A DNA stretch of 64,000 nucleotides from a virus, in IMG/VR virus record IMGVR_UViG_3300035698_012962, positions 32,001 to 96,000 of that record, one strand, 5' to 3'. Under the pieces are notes generated by a model. The model worked only from the letters and a program-made list of their open reading frames with translations, was not told the DNA's origin and did no database searches. Every line of letters starts with the position of its first letter. Within the stretch, counting starts at the first letter, position 1. This document shows positions 28,892 through 39,603 of the stretch, in pieces. A program made the position numbers and the translations under genes.

Positions 28892-29829
28892 ACTAGTTCT
28901 AATCTTGATAATAACATATCATCCCAATATGTTTCCTTTGATGATTTCATTAACGAAACCATTCCCCCAAATCCAATTTTACTTGGATCTTTATCATTTA
29001 ATTTTAGATGTGTAATTTTTATTCCATTATCTGAAAAGTAAGTAGCATATTTCATACTACTTTCAATAGCTTTAGCTTCATTATCAAATGCAAAAAATAA
29101 ATGTTTTACTTCCTTATTAAATATTGTTTCTCTTAAACTTGGTTGTATAATTATACCTAACAACGGTATTGCGTTTCTACGAATAGCTATCGCATCCAAA
29201 GCCCCTTCACATAATACTATTGGCAAATTCCAATTGATTTGATTTCCGAACATTATTACATCTTTGGAAAATGGTGGATTTTTATACTTCATACCTTCAT
29301 CAGAAGTTGTTCTACTAACAAAATAGTTTAAATCACCTTCTTCATCGTAAGATGGTATAATTATCATTCCGTCATATTCTCCACCATCACTAATACCTAT
29401 ATTATACTTTCGTATTAATCGTTCATCAATATCTCTACCTTTTAAATAATATAAAGCTTGTTTATATATAGGATTTTTACTATCTTGTTTATCATATAGC
29501 TGAACGAATTCCTTTGGTAAGAATATTTTAGGTTTTTCTTCTTTATGTTTATGATAGGAAGATGTAACATCTTTATAAACATTTTTTACTTTTTTTATGG
29601 ATTCATAATCCGTGCCAACTTTTTTTAATAGGTTGTGGATTTTTAGACCTGCGGTATTACATACCCAGCAGTTCCACTTTTGGTTTTCCACATGAACTTC
29701 TAATTTTTTCTTATGATGATTACAGAAAGGACAATGAAACTTATAATTTTGGTCGGACGCCTTTTCGTATGAACCTAATTTAGAAAACAAAATAGATAAT
29801 ATCGTTTTCTTATCTCTATATGAAATCAT
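28888..29829 (-). CDS. DNA primase (Zn finger + Toprim)
   Basis: CPFC...WNCWVC, KYKNP, LCEGALDA, FDNE, KDP. Start at 29829 fits the promoter at 29851-29879. Confidence 0.9.
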   Translation of the reverse strand: MISYRDKKTILSILFSKLGSYEKASDQNYKFHCPFCNHHKKKLEVHVENQKWNCWVCNTAGLKIHNLLKKVGTDYESIKKVKNVYKDVTSSYHKHKEEKPKIFLPKEFVQLYDKQDSKNPIYKQALYYLKGRDIDERLIRKYNIGISDGGEYDGMIIIPSYDEEGDLNYFVSRTTSDEGMKYKNPPFSKDVIMFGNQINWNLPIVLCEGALDAIAIRRNAIPLLGIIIQPSLRETIFNKEVKHLFFAFDNEAKAIESSMKYATYFSDNGIKITHLKLNDKDPSKIGFGGMVSLMKSSKETYWDDMLLSRLELV

Positions 29830-29850
29830 ATGTTTTATTATATAACATAT

Positions 29851-29879
29851 AATATACAAAATAATATATTAAATGTCAA
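29851..29879 (-). promoter_or_regulatory. Sigma70-type promoter upstream of primase
   Basis: TTGACA-N17-TATATT. Confidence 0.75.
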
Positions 29880-30336
29880 TTAAATCTTTTTTGAAGAACT
29901 TAGATAGTATGTTACCATTTAGTGATTTTTCATCTCGAAGAACATCTCTTTTAACTTGTTCCTCTATCTCACCATAAGTTAGTGATTTTTTTGTAGGATA
30001 TGCTTGTAGTATTTCTCTCTTGAAATCTTTTTTATTTCCTTTTTTAATTTCAGCCTTTATCCAATCATTTGAGCTCCAATAATCTGCCCATTTTGATTCT
30101 TTCACTACTCTTTTTTTAGATGGTGGTCTACCACCTATACCTTTCTCTTTTCGTTCTTCTTTTATTTTAGCGAGTTCTCGTTTCCCAATCTTAACGTTAC
30201 GAATAGAGATAATAGATTTTTTTCCGATATAGTAATTCCCGGTTGGTATATGAGTTATTTTATATACAAACCCTTGTGTATCTTTTGGAAAATCATCTAT
30301 TGATGAAACTTCCTTGTTATTGTATAACCAATTCAT
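29869..30336 (-). CDS. GIY-YIG endonuclease (T4 endonuclease II-like)
   Basis: GFVYKITH...YYIGKK, ESKWADYWSS, FKREIL, NGNI. Start MNWLY at 30336 preferred. Confidence 0.85.
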   Translation of the reverse strand: MNWLYNNKEVSSIDDFPKDTQGFVYKITHIPTGNYYIGKKSIISIRNVKIGKRELAKIKEERKEKGIGGRPPSKKRVVKESKWADYWSSNDWIKAEIKKGNKKDFKREILQAYPTKKSLTYGEIEEQVKRDVLRDEKSLNGNILSKFFKKDLIDI

Positions 30337-30337
30337 T

Positions 30338-30508
30338 TTAACCTCTAGGTGTATCTGAATATCTTGTTGTTGGTACAGCGCCATTTCGTGCTTGCTCTAA
30401 TTCCTTGTCGGAAAGTTTTGATTTTGTTATAGGTGTTTTACTTTTACTTTTATCAATTTTTGATGATAAATCTGAAGCGTTATAGATATCTAATATTGTT
30501 TTTGCCAT
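30338..30508 (-). CDS. Small basic protein (56 aa)
   Basis: Not in ORF track. MAKTILDIYNASDLSSKIDKSK...; late motif at 30526-30533; stop abuts next ATG. Confidence 0.65.
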   Translation of the reverse strand: MAKTILDIYNASDLSSKIDKSKSKTPITKSKLSDKELEQARNGAVPTTRYSDTPRG

Positions 30509-30548
30509 AATTTATTTCCCTTTAGTATAAGTATAAGGTTTTTTAAAA

Positions 30549-31661
30549 TTACGTATCTAATCGTATAACAAAGTTTACTGGGTAATCGGGAAGAGATTTT
30601 ATCGGTTGAGTTAATTTACCAATAGCTAACAATTCTCTATTATTGTTATATAATCCAATAGTTGTAATATAAGGAGCTAAAAAGGAACCTGTTTGGTCTA
30701 ATATTCCTATTTTCTCATAATCATTAAATGAGCCTGAAACCGATGGGTTAAAATCAGATATAAATGAACGTTTTACAATTGGTATTGTTTTTGTAGTTTC
30801 TTCACCAAATACACCCAAAATTGGTATCTGTTCTATTGCAGTTGGGTTTTGTGAAACATTAAATTCGTCTTCTTCTACGGTTAAAAAATACTCCAATTCG
30901 TAAATAGTCTTTGTACTATTCAATTCAATATTGAATTCACTAAGAAAACTTAATACATTACTACTAACTACATTTATTACAACTATTCCCGATTCATAAA
31001 ATATATTTCCAATTTGTTCGGAATAAAGTGTAAGGCCGCCTATACTTAATTCCGGTTCCTCTATAATTAAAATATTTTCATTTGTATCCAATTCTAATAA
31101 TGTGAACTCTTTTGTTTCATTTTCATATGTTAAAATAATAGAGTTTGCATTAATATCTATTGAATTTATTTCAAATGTATAATCAATAGTATTATTAGTT
31201 AATATGAGAATATTATCATCTAAATTAACTAATTTTGTTTTATAGATGGTATGGGTATTACTATATAAGTTAGAGTAACCGTCATCTGTTATAGTTATAT
31301 TTTCTACAGAATTTGAAAGTTTAAATGTAGTTCTTCTTATCCCCTCACCATAAATCATTGGCGGAACAGAAAATACAATAGCATCTTCAAATAAAGTACG
31401 TTCAATATTTATCCCTCTATACTTTCTATCTCCTAAATCTGTTATACTACCTATATCATCACTGTAGTATTGTTTTTTTATTGATTGGTATAACGGATAT
31501 TGGTACACACCATTTGTAGTTGGGGCAGTAGTTGGATCAAATTCCCCACCGATTAACTTTTGTATTCTAAATACAGGTAAATCATTTTCATCCAATAACC
31601 ATCTCTTATATACTTGAAATGGTCTAATTGAGCTATCGGTATCTGGTATTTGTTTATACAT
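30549..31661 (-). CDS. Tail/baseplate structural protein
   Basis: C-terminal YITTIGLYN...LLAIGKL..PI motif shared with 31741..32991. Confidence 0.7.
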   Translation of the reverse strand: MYKQIPDTDSSIRPFQVYKRWLLDENDLPVFRIQKLIGGEFDPTTAPTTNGVYQYPLYQSIKKQYYSDDIGSITDLGDRKYRGINIERTLFEDAIVFSVPPMIYGEGIRRTTFKLSNSVENITITDDGYSNLYSNTHTIYKTKLVNLDDNILILTNNTIDYTFEINSIDINANSIILTYENETKEFTLLELDTNENILIIEEPELSIGGLTLYSEQIGNIFYESGIVVINVVSSNVLSFLSEFNIELNSTKTIYELEYFLTVEEDEFNVSQNPTAIEQIPILGVFGEETTKTIPIVKRSFISDFNPSVSGSFNDYEKIGILDQTGSFLAPYITTIGLYNNNRELLAIGKLTQPIKSLPDYPVNFVIRLDT

Positions 31662-31677
31662 TTATTGATCCTATAAA

Positions 31678-31711
31678 AAAGTTCCTTATATAATTAAATA
31701 TAAGAAACTTT
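31678..31711 (-). terminator. Hairpin with short U-tract (possible intrinsic terminator)
   Basis: Minus strand AAAGTTTCTTATAT-ttaatt-ATATAAGGAACTTT followed by TTT; AT-rich stem. Confidence 0.4.
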
Positions 31712-31740
31712 AATTTTATACTTTTAATTAATATCCTCTA

Positions 31741-32991
31741 TTAAAATGAAATTTTCACCTTGACCAAAACTTCTTTATCGAAGGATTTAGCCACAGGTTG
31801 AGATGTTTTAGCAATCGCCAACATTTCATTCGAACTATCATAAAGACCAATAGAAGTTATAAACACTTTTGGATCTCTTTCAAATGATTCTTCTACAAAT
31901 TCACCTGTCGTTCTATCCGCAAATGTAGGATTATTTGAAAAATTAAATTCTCTATTAGTAGCTCTTACAAAATAATGAGAAGTTGATATGTTTTCTTTTC
32001 GTCTACCTTCTAAATCACCACCTAATTTAACCATATTGTATACTAGGGCGTGATTTGCAATATCAGTATCACCACTTGTCCATCCACCTGAAGGAACTAA
32101 CACAGGAGCAACTTGCTCTACTCCATCAATATCTGCAACAGACCCTATTTTATCATGCATTGCAGTTGGATTAAGAATAATAATACCATGATCAGGATAA
32201 AATAATCCAAATCCTCTACCAGCAGAATCAGTTGTATTTAAAACCACTGAATCGTTTTGTGTACCAAGTAATAAGTTTCCTTCTACGATATTAAATACTT
32301 TACCACTTACACCCAATTCATTTTCAAATTTCATTCCGCTATCATCAATAAATTCAAAACTTCCTGATGAACCTGAAATCATTAATGATATATTACCCGG
32401 ATCAACTCTTTCTCTGTATCTAGATCTTGATATATTGATAACATAAATATCATCAGAATCATACTCACCTAAGAACGTAAACTTATCATCTACTGGTTGT
32501 AATAATAATGATTTATATTGACCATACGTAGTTCTAGTTGGAAATAATGCATCATCGTTAAAATTTAATGGTACAGAACCACTACCCACGCTATGTCCGT
32601 ATGCTACTGATAATTGTGTTTCTGCTCCGTCATCATAAGAACCATCACCTTCATTTGGATTTGCTTGATATACGTTCCAATAATATTTACCTGAAACGGA
32701 ACCTGTTTGTTCGGATGATGTGAAAAATGTTTCCAATGATCCTCTTCCACCACTCCATAATCCAGTAGTTACTACTTCTTGTCTACCTTCTACTTTATCG
32801 AACTCATTAAATCGTTTGTAAATACCTGAAGCAGAAACACCAGAAACAGTTGTTAATTCATCTGCACCTTGTAGGTACTCATTAATAAGATTTTGTAATT
32901 GAGCAGATGATAAATCACCTCCTGCTGAATCTAAATATTGTTGAAGTCTTGATGATAGGGATGCTCCCTGTTCTCCTGTTATTCTTGCCAT
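31741..32991 (-). CDS. Tail/baseplate structural protein
   Basis: EFNFSNNPTF and FITSIGLYD...MLAIAKTSQP motifs, paralogous to 30549..31661. Confidence 0.7.
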   Translation of the reverse strand: MARITGEQGASLSSRLQQYLDSAGGDLSSAQLQNLINEYLQGADELTTVSGVSASGIYKRFNEFDKVEGRQEVVTTGLWSGGRGSLETFFTSSEQTGSVSGKYYWNVYQANPNEGDGSYDDGAETQLSVAYGHSVGSGSVPLNFNDDALFPTRTTYGQYKSLLLQPVDDKFTFLGEYDSDDIYVINISRSRYRERVDPGNISLMISGSSGSFEFIDDSGMKFENELGVSGKVFNIVEGNLLLGTQNDSVVLNTTDSAGRGFGLFYPDHGIIILNPTAMHDKIGSVADIDGVEQVAPVLVPSGGWTSGDTDIANHALVYNMVKLGGDLEGRRKENISTSHYFVRATNREFNFSNNPTFADRTTGEFVEESFERDPKVFITSIGLYDSSNEMLAIAKTSQPVAKSFDKEVLVKVKISF

Positions 32992-32999
32992 AATTAATT

Positions 33000-33632
33000 T
33001 TAGTTATTTTCTATATAATTTATTGTTATTGGAATAGTTACAGAACCTCCTGTTTCGTTTCCATAAACTGTTAAAGTAGTTTGTTTTGTCTTTGTGATAG
33101 ATGGGTTTGGAATAAATCTAAATTCTAAACCTGTCGTTACCTGTGCAGTTGAAGTAACTTCATCACCTAAAAATATTGGTGTAGTTCCTGCGGAAACATC
33201 TAATCCTTCACCTATGATAGTACCTACTTCTTTATTTGCTAGAACTGCGGTATAGCCAGCTGTTCTATTTCTTGTTGGATTAGTAGATGGTGTTAGTGCA
33301 ACTTCGCCAGAATTTTGATTTACTGTAATACTTTCTACACCTAATGTTACAATAGGAATTCTTGTTGTATTTTTTGGTAAAGTTACTAATTTATTTCTCA
33401 ATGATTGTGTTTCTATTGGAGATGCTTCTAAGATAGGTGTGGCTTTGATTGCTGCATCATAAAACGCTGAACCTTTTGGATGGGCTGGTTCATATAAAGT
33501 GTAATCAATTTCATCATCACTCAATGCGAATTGTGTAATTTCAATTCCCAATCCAGTTGCCAATCTCTCTCTTCCTTTTTTTGTAAGGATGGCATCTACT
33601 ATAATTTCTCCGTTTCCGTTTATATATCCCAT
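33000..33632 (-). CDS. Tail-collar/fibre-attachment-like structural protein
   Basis: DAILTKKGRERLA...ITQFALSDDEIDY; late motif at 33665. Confidence 0.7.
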   Translation of the reverse strand: MGYINGNGEIIVDAILTKKGRERLATGLGIEITQFALSDDEIDYTLYEPAHPKGSAFYDAAIKATPILEASPIETQSLRNKLVTLPKNTTRIPIVTLGVESITVNQNSGEVALTPSTNPTRNRTAGYTAVLANKEVGTIIGEGLDVSAGTTPIFLGDEVTSTAQVTTGLEFRFIPNPSITKTKQTTLTVYGNETGGSVTIPITINYIENN

Positions 33633-33714
33633 ATCGTTGTTGTAATTTAATTAGTTGTATATACTATAAGTATAATAATTTTTAATTTTGATAATAATTT
33701 ACCATTTATATTTT

Positions 33715-36700
33715 TTATTCATCACTTACTATCAAGATTGGTTCTCCACTTCCACGTTCTGAATCACTTACACGTAACGTATTTGGATTAGTAACGAATA
33801 CTTCAACAGCAGTGGAACCATCTAATGTTGTTTCAGATGAATTGGTAGACCCCAAGTAATATGATCGTTCCAATCCAGTTGAAAGCCCATGTCTAAATTT
33901 ATAATGTGAATTTAAATATCCTTCAAGTGGTTTAATAGAAACAATACTTCCGTCTCCTGGTATTGAAGTTGGTGAAGAACCACTTACAGGTTGCGTGTTT
34001 AATTTATAAGAAAATTGCTCAACATCTACTAACTCACTACCACTTGGCATCAATACTATGTTTCTTTCTTTAAATAATTCTACATATAAACCTTCTCTTT
34101 TGATATTGTTAAATGAATCTCTGTATACTCTACTTACATAACCATTGTTACCAAATATTCCAAATCCTCCAACTGCTGGATTTTCAAATCCACCCATTCC
34201 AATTTGTGTCTGTGACCCAAATGCATCTACTTCACTTGTTATAGTTGGTGAAATAATACCATCAATTTCAGCAAATAAATTCTTATAATCACCTATCACA
34301 GTTGTTAAATCTTCTACATCTATTTTTGAAAGTAATTCTCTATAATCTACTTGTATTTCTGTAAAATCTTCTTCATTGATGATAGCTTCGTATGATGGAA
34401 GTGTAGTTAATATATTTACTTCTTCACTTGCATCAATTTCTACGTACCTCCCAATTTCTTCAGCAATAGTTTTAATAGTTTCACCCACTTCAACTTTCGC
34501 TTCATTTAAAGAAGATTCTGCTGTTGGTTTATCCCATCTTACTTTTGATCTTTCTAAAAAATGAGGTTCGATTAATAATCCTTTAGAGTATTTAGTTCTA
34601 GATGGTATTACATTCTCTACCATTTTGAATACAGACTTATCAATGTACCGTATTAGACGAATATACTCGTAGATATCCAAATTCAATCGTTGGAAATAAT
34701 ATTTTCTTATTTTTTTAAGTTCTTTGTAATCATCTCTGTACGTATCGGAAGGATCTCCAATATAATCATCAATATTAAAACTCCCGAATGATTTCACAAT
34801 ATCCATATTAACTTCTTTCATTGGAGAAAAGAATAACCCCAATCTATTTGAATCTACAGGCGCTCGATCAAATGATTTTTTTGTTGAGCGAGATTTAGAG
34901 GATAACTCACTTATAAGTTCGATATCTTCTATTCTTGTCTTATCACTGTATGTAAATCCTAACGATGGAATATCAGCGGTAACCGTTCTATCATATGTAA
35001 AATGAGAATATGGATATTCTGTAATAGAAGGGAATCCCACAGCGGTTCCGTATTCTCCATATGAGAAATTTGGAGAAACATTTTTAATTTCAGTATCTAT
35101 ACCTCTATTTTTAGGGTATTCAAAATCCATTCTAAATATTAAATCAATAGTAGAAGATTTAAATTGGTTCCCATCAATACTATCTGGAGATAATGTATGA
35201 TTATTAAATCTATCTTTATCTAATGGTACTTTCCATAATCTAAATTCATCTATATTACCAATAAAACCATCACCTATCTCAATTGTAGATGGAATACTTA
35301 CATCCCACATCGAATATTGAGTTGAAACAGAACCTGAACCATATGATTTTATTCTACCTTGATCTGCTTGCTGTCCATACACTGTAAATGTTTCATTTAA
35401 ACCAACCACTTCTCTATTTAACAATACAGAAAAATATTCATTATTGTATGCTAAAAATGGTTCGGATTGGAACGTTTCACTTCCTGATACTGATCCAGAT
35501 AGTGTATTTATTTCAAATTGTAAATATCCTAAATCTTCACTTCCTGTTGATGGTTCTAATGTCAAATTCCAATTAGTATCATATTGAACTAACGATTGTG
35601 AAGTTCTATTATCTGTTTTAACTCTTAATTCTATTCCGTTTGGTATACCATCTGTTACGTTGTATTCTTTCCAATCAACTTCTATTTTTGATGTACCATT
35701 AAATACTAAAGAAGCACTTAACTCATCATACGTAAATTGTGTTGTATTTGCATCGTTCGGATTTCTAGGACCTCCAAACTCTATAACAGTTAATAATGAT
35801 TGTGGAATCCCATATGTCGATAATATAGCGTGTATTGAACGTTTTGTTCCTTTATTTTTTAATAAATATGGAAGATTGTTTAATATACGTCTCCAAATTT
35901 GTTTTTGATAAGTAGAACCTGCAGAATTCTCCACTAATTGTTGTTCTGGATCAACTGCACCGAACGCAAGTTCCCAAAGTTGTTGTTTTGCTACTGAAGA
36001 GTTTAATTCCCAACCAAATGAAGACACCATATGATACACTAAATCATCAATGATACCATTATTCTTTTCAGCCTCAACAATTTTAGATTCTTTAATTGTA
36101 TTTATATACGACCACAAAATATCATAATGTTGCCCAATCATATCAAAGAATAATAAAAATTCTTCGTTATTTGTATCTATTTTAATATGGTTTGGTAAAT
36201 TATTGGATAGTTTGTTAGAATTATTCTTATCAAACTCTTTTGCAGATACTTCCATTCCATTATACCATGAAACAACTGTCGAATTGGTTGAATTTAACAA
36301 ATCACCATTTCCTTGTTTTGGATATGATAATGGATGAGTGTTATTATAGATGAAATTTTCAAACCCACTAAAACCACCTTTTATTTCATTTATTCTTGTA
36401 GTTAGACGTTTTACTTCATTATCTCTTTCAATACTTATACCAGTAACATTATCCTCTAACTCAGTTATCCGTTCCTCAACGCTCTCAATAACCTTTATTT
36501 TATACATTGAGTTAACAACTTGTTCTTCCGCAGATCCAAAATGTACAAAATTAGAGAATAAAATATCAGTATCATCTGCATATATAATTTCTAATTTTTG
36601 AGTATCAATGCCTGATTTATCAATGTACTTATTTATTAATTCAGTAGAAGATACCGAACCACTACCAATGATATCGTTAAATATTTCATATCCAAATGAA

Positions 36701-38271
36701 TCTCCGCTTACTACATCAAAGTTTGCGGGTTTCAACTTCATACAAGATTCAGTTTGATGTTCTGTTTTAACAACTTGATCTATATAAGGAGTTGATTTTA
36801 TTTTAGATATCCATAATTGTGAATTAGGTGTTATATCTGTAGGAAGTGGTTCATATAATTTAAGAACTAATGATTCTTCTATTTCTCCATTTGTAGGTAT
36901 CTCATTTCCTAGTTCATCTAAAGTAAACTCTGTAAATGTTACATCATCGGTATCCCAATTTGAAATAAGTGTAAAATCATCATTGTCAAACGATGCAATA
37001 TGAGTCAAATGTTTAGAATTGTATTCATCAAATATAGATAAATCTAATCTACGTTTGATCGTTTCATACATTCGATCTTCTGCTTCCTTACGTGTTAATT
37101 GTAATGGTGAACTTTCATACGTTATTTGAACGGTTTGTTGTTCACCTATACGATTACCATCTTTAGGTAAAAATTTAACCCAAAATGAAAAATCACTAGT
37201 ATTATTTGGATTTATAGAAAATCCTTTGTTCATTAAATCTTGAATATTGAAATTTAATGTATGTTGTGTACCAAATGTACCAAATTGTTTAAACTCTCTA
37301 CCTATACTAACATCTACAGTAGTTGCATGTTGTGAACTATATATTATTGAGAAATCAGTATTAAATCCTCTGTAATCGGCACCCATAATTTTATTTGGAT
37401 ATCTGATATTATCCATTATAGGTAATGGTGGAGGTGGCGGTGGTGGTGTAACCACAGGAGGTATCTCCGGCTCTGGTTCAGGTACTAAAGATGGTGGAAT
37501 ATATGGTGGTTTTGTATTTGGATCAATAGCATTAATAGTCAACCATCTATATCCGCCTGAAACATTAGGTTGTTCATTTCTATTTACCGCATTTAATAAT
37601 ACTTTGTGTTGCCCAATTCCATTTATAAAATCCGTTGATATAGTAATGTAATCTCCTTGTTTTACATTACTTTTACTATAGGTATGTTGTCCTTTTGGTT
37701 GATCAATTGGATTTGTAATATGAACTTGATCTGCTTTTGATAATTCCGTTAATTGGATTTTTAATTCTTGTCTATTCGTAATATCAAAATTAATCGAAGA
37801 TGGATTAATTTTTAGAGATGGTACATTAGATGAAGGTGGTGATTCTGCTTTTAAGGTGTTAAATTTAGCCACAGCCAATCTCGGTTGTATTATCCTACCA
37901 CTACTATCCAATTGATAAGCAGATGCCTCATACGTAGTATTTTGTTCTAATCCTACTAATGTATAGATACCTTTAGATCCTGTTCTATTGATACTATCAA
38001 TGATATCATTAGTTCCATCCTTTTTATATTGGATTTGGATATTTTTACTTGGAATATTATTAGTTGTATATTCTAAGTTAATAGAATTAGTAGTAGGTGA
38101 TTTAAATACTAACGAAGCAGTAGGTGTCGGTGGTGGTGGAGTGTTAAGTTCTAATTGAAAATCCAACACAATTTGAGCAGATCCATCGACATTACCAACT
38201 GGCACCTCTCTCCTTCCTATCTCATTACCATCTTTATTAAATGTTTGGACTAATATTTTTCCTAAACTCAT
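33715..38271 (-). CDS. Large baseplate wedge-type protein with FN3-like and LamG-like domains and a Pro-rich linker
   Basis: KGTKRSIHAILSTYG (gp7/P2 gpI-like), FIGNIDEFRLW (LamG-like), GLEQNTTYE (FN3-like), PPPPPPP. Confidence 0.7.
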   Translation of the reverse strand: MSLGKILVQTFNKDGNEIGRREVPVGNVDGSAQIVLDFQLELNTPPPPTPTASLVFKSPTTNSINLEYTTNNIPSKNIQIQYKKDGTNDIIDSINRTGSKGIYTLVGLEQNTTYEASAYQLDSSGRIIQPRLAVAKFNTLKAESPPSSNVPSLKINPSSINFDITNRQELKIQLTELSKADQVHITNPIDQPKGQHTYSKSNVKQGDYITISTDFINGIGQHKVLLNAVNRNEQPNVSGGYRWLTINAIDPNTKPPYIPPSLVPEPEPEIPPVVTPPPPPPPLPIMDNIRYPNKIMGADYRGFNTDFSIIYSSQHATTVDVSIGREFKQFGTFGTQHTLNFNIQDLMNKGFSINPNNTSDFSFWVKFLPKDGNRIGEQQTVQITYESSPLQLTRKEAEDRMYETIKRRLDLSIFDEYNSKHLTHIASFDNDDFTLISNWDTDDVTFTEFTLDELGNEIPTNGEIEESLVLKLYEPLPTDITPNSQLWISKIKSTPYIDQVVKTEHQTESCMKLKPANFDVVSGDSFGYEIFNDIIGSGSVSSTELINKYIDKSGIDTQKLEIIYADDTDILFSNFVHFGSAEEQVVNSMYKIKVIESVEERITELEDNVTGISIERDNEVKRLTTRINEIKGGFSGFENFIYNNTHPLSYPKQGNGDLLNSTNSTVVSWYNGMEVSAKEFDKNNSNKLSNNLPNHIKIDTNNEEFLLFFDMIGQHYDILWSYINTIKESKIVEAEKNNGIIDDLVYHMVSSFGWELNSSVAKQQLWELAFGAVDPEQQLVENSAGSTYQKQIWRRILNNLPYLLKNKGTKRSIHAILSTYGIPQSLLTVIEFGGPRNPNDANTTQFTYDELSASLVFNGTSKIEVDWKEYNVTDGIPNGIELRVKTDNRTSQSLVQYDTNWNLTLEPSTGSEDLGYLQFEINTLSGSVSGSETFQSEPFLAYNNEYFSVLLNREVVGLNETFTVYGQQADQGRIKSYGSGSVSTQYSMWDVSIPSTIEIGDGFIGNIDEFRLWKVPLDKDRFNNHTLSPDSIDGNQFKSSTIDLIFRMDFEYPKNRGIDTEIKNVSPNFSYGEYGTAVGFPSITEYPYSHFTYDRTVTADIPSLGFTYSDKTRIEDIELISELSSKSRSTKKSFDRAPVDSNRLGLFFSPMKEVNMDIVKSFGSFNIDDYIGDPSDTYRDDYKELKKIRKYYFQRLNLDIYEYIRLIRYIDKSVFKMVENVIPSRTKYSKGLLIEPHFLERSKVRWDKPTAESSLNEAKVEVGETIKTIAEEIGRYVEIDASEEVNILTTLPSYEAIINEEDFTEIQVDYRELLSKIDVEDLTTVIGDYKNLFAEIDGIISPTITSEVDAFGSQTQIGMGGFENPAVGGFGIFGNNGYVSRVYRDSFNNIKREGLYVELFKERNIVLMPSGSELVDVEQFSYKLNTQPVSGSSPTSIPGDGSIVSIKPLEGYLNSHYKFRHGLSTGLERSYYLGSTNSSETTLDGSTAVEVFVTNPNTLRVSDSERGSGEPILIVSDE

Positions 38272-38720
38272 TTTACTTGTATATCACTGTTTATATTATC
38301 GTCTAATTCGGATGGATCGCTACCACCACCTCCACTTGTTCCACCACCGGACTTATTTGAAGGTTCGATGTAAGTCAATCTATAAGTAACATCGGGTGTA
38401 TATTTTTCCTTTCGCACTTCAGCAAGTGTACCATTTAATGAACGAATACTTATCGAATTTGTACCAATATTATTAGATATTTGTGTAGTTAAATTCCCTA
38501 CTTTTGCAGTATATCCTTTTTTATCTGTTTTAAATGTAATTGCTACTTTACCGATTGAATAAGTTGTACCACTACCACCACCGCCGCCTGAAGATCCCCC
38601 TGTACCACCACTTTGACTTTCATTACCTTCTCCGCTACCAGTTTCAATATCTGGATTACTATCCAGTCCCCGCTCATCGTTGGGAGAGTTAAAATTTAAA
38701 TTCGAATCTGCTGTTGCCAT
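38268..38720 (-). CDS. Gly/Ser-rich virion protein
   Basis: Poly-G/S linkers flank a small beta-rich core; structural operon context. Confidence 0.6.
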   Translation of the reverse strand: MATADSNLNFNSPNDERGLDSNPDIETGSGEGNESQSGGTGGSSGGGGGSGTTYSIGKVAITFKTDKKGYTAKVGNLTTQISNNIGTNSISIRSLNGTLAEVRKEKYTPDVTYRLTYIEPSNKSGGGTSGGGGSDPSELDDNINSDIQVK

Positions 38721-38721
38721 A

Positions 38722-39600
38722 TTATATTTCTGTAAATGTTATTTCTGCCTTTTCTCTTATAGAAAATTTTGGAAGATGATAGTCAATACATTCTCTCATT
38801 TTTTGTAATGCTACATTATGAACGTTTAATGATATAGGTTCTTTTGTTGTTAATCTATTACCATATGTACTACTTCCTATTCTAGCATCTCTATGTTCTA
38901 TTATATAATTCATCACCTCTCTATAAGTATCTAAAATATCAATAAATGTTTTAGATAATTGTTGGGATGTAAAATACTGCTTTTTTAATTCATTTAAAAA
39001 CGAATTTCCATAATCATCTAATATTACTTTTTCTATATCATTAATATTAATTTTATCCAAATAAATCGGCATCATTTCTTTTATATCATCAAAAAACATT
39101 CCATTCTTTAAAAATGTTTCATATCGTTCTTTTAATTCCGCTTCACCTTCGGTATTATTTACTTTAATCGGTAGTACTCTTATCTCTGTTCTGGATGGAG
39201 ATACTTCATGAATCCACACCCTCATAGGTTGTTTATCAATTCCAACCCTATCATTAACTAACAAAACCTCTACTTTAAATATACCTGTGTTATACCCAGC
39301 TTCTTCTATTAACGCATCTACATCTAATTCATATTTAATAGTTTGGTTACTCCCTCTATCCGTATCCCTCACTTTTTTGAAATAAGTTGATAATTGGTTT
39401 GATGTTATGAAACGAACATTTCCATATTTCGTCTGGGGAAGTATATTATCATTTACATCATATAAAGAAAATCGAAGTACATCAGATGTACCACTTCCAT
39501 ATAAAGAAGGTTGTACTCCTTTTTCGTATACTTTACTATCTACATCATCAATAAAGTATCCTCTTTTATTTTCTATTTTTTTATATTTTTGTAATGACAT
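38722..39600 (-). CDS. Baseplate-region structural protein
   Basis: IHEVSPSRTEIR motif; operon context. Confidence 0.6.
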   Translation of the reverse strand: MSLQKYKKIENKRGYFIDDVDSKVYEKGVQPSLYGSGTSDVLRFSLYDVNDNILPQTKYGNVRFITSNQLSTYFKKVRDTDRGSNQTIKYELDVDALIEEAGYNTGIFKVEVLLVNDRVGIDKQPMRVWIHEVSPSRTEIRVLPIKVNNTEGEAELKERYETFLKNGMFFDDIKEMMPIYLDKININDIEKVILDDYGNSFLNELKKQYFTSQQLSKTFIDILDTYREVMNYIIEHRDARIGSSTYGNRLTTKEPISLNVHNVALQKMRECIDYHLPKFSIREKAEITFTEI

Positions 39601-39603
39601 ATT

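Noticed and set aside
29869-30336. GIY-YIG gene as an intron-encoded homing endonuclease
   Set aside because: Free-standing, flanking genes intact, no C-terminal NUMOD/HTH modules; resembles the endonuclease II type.
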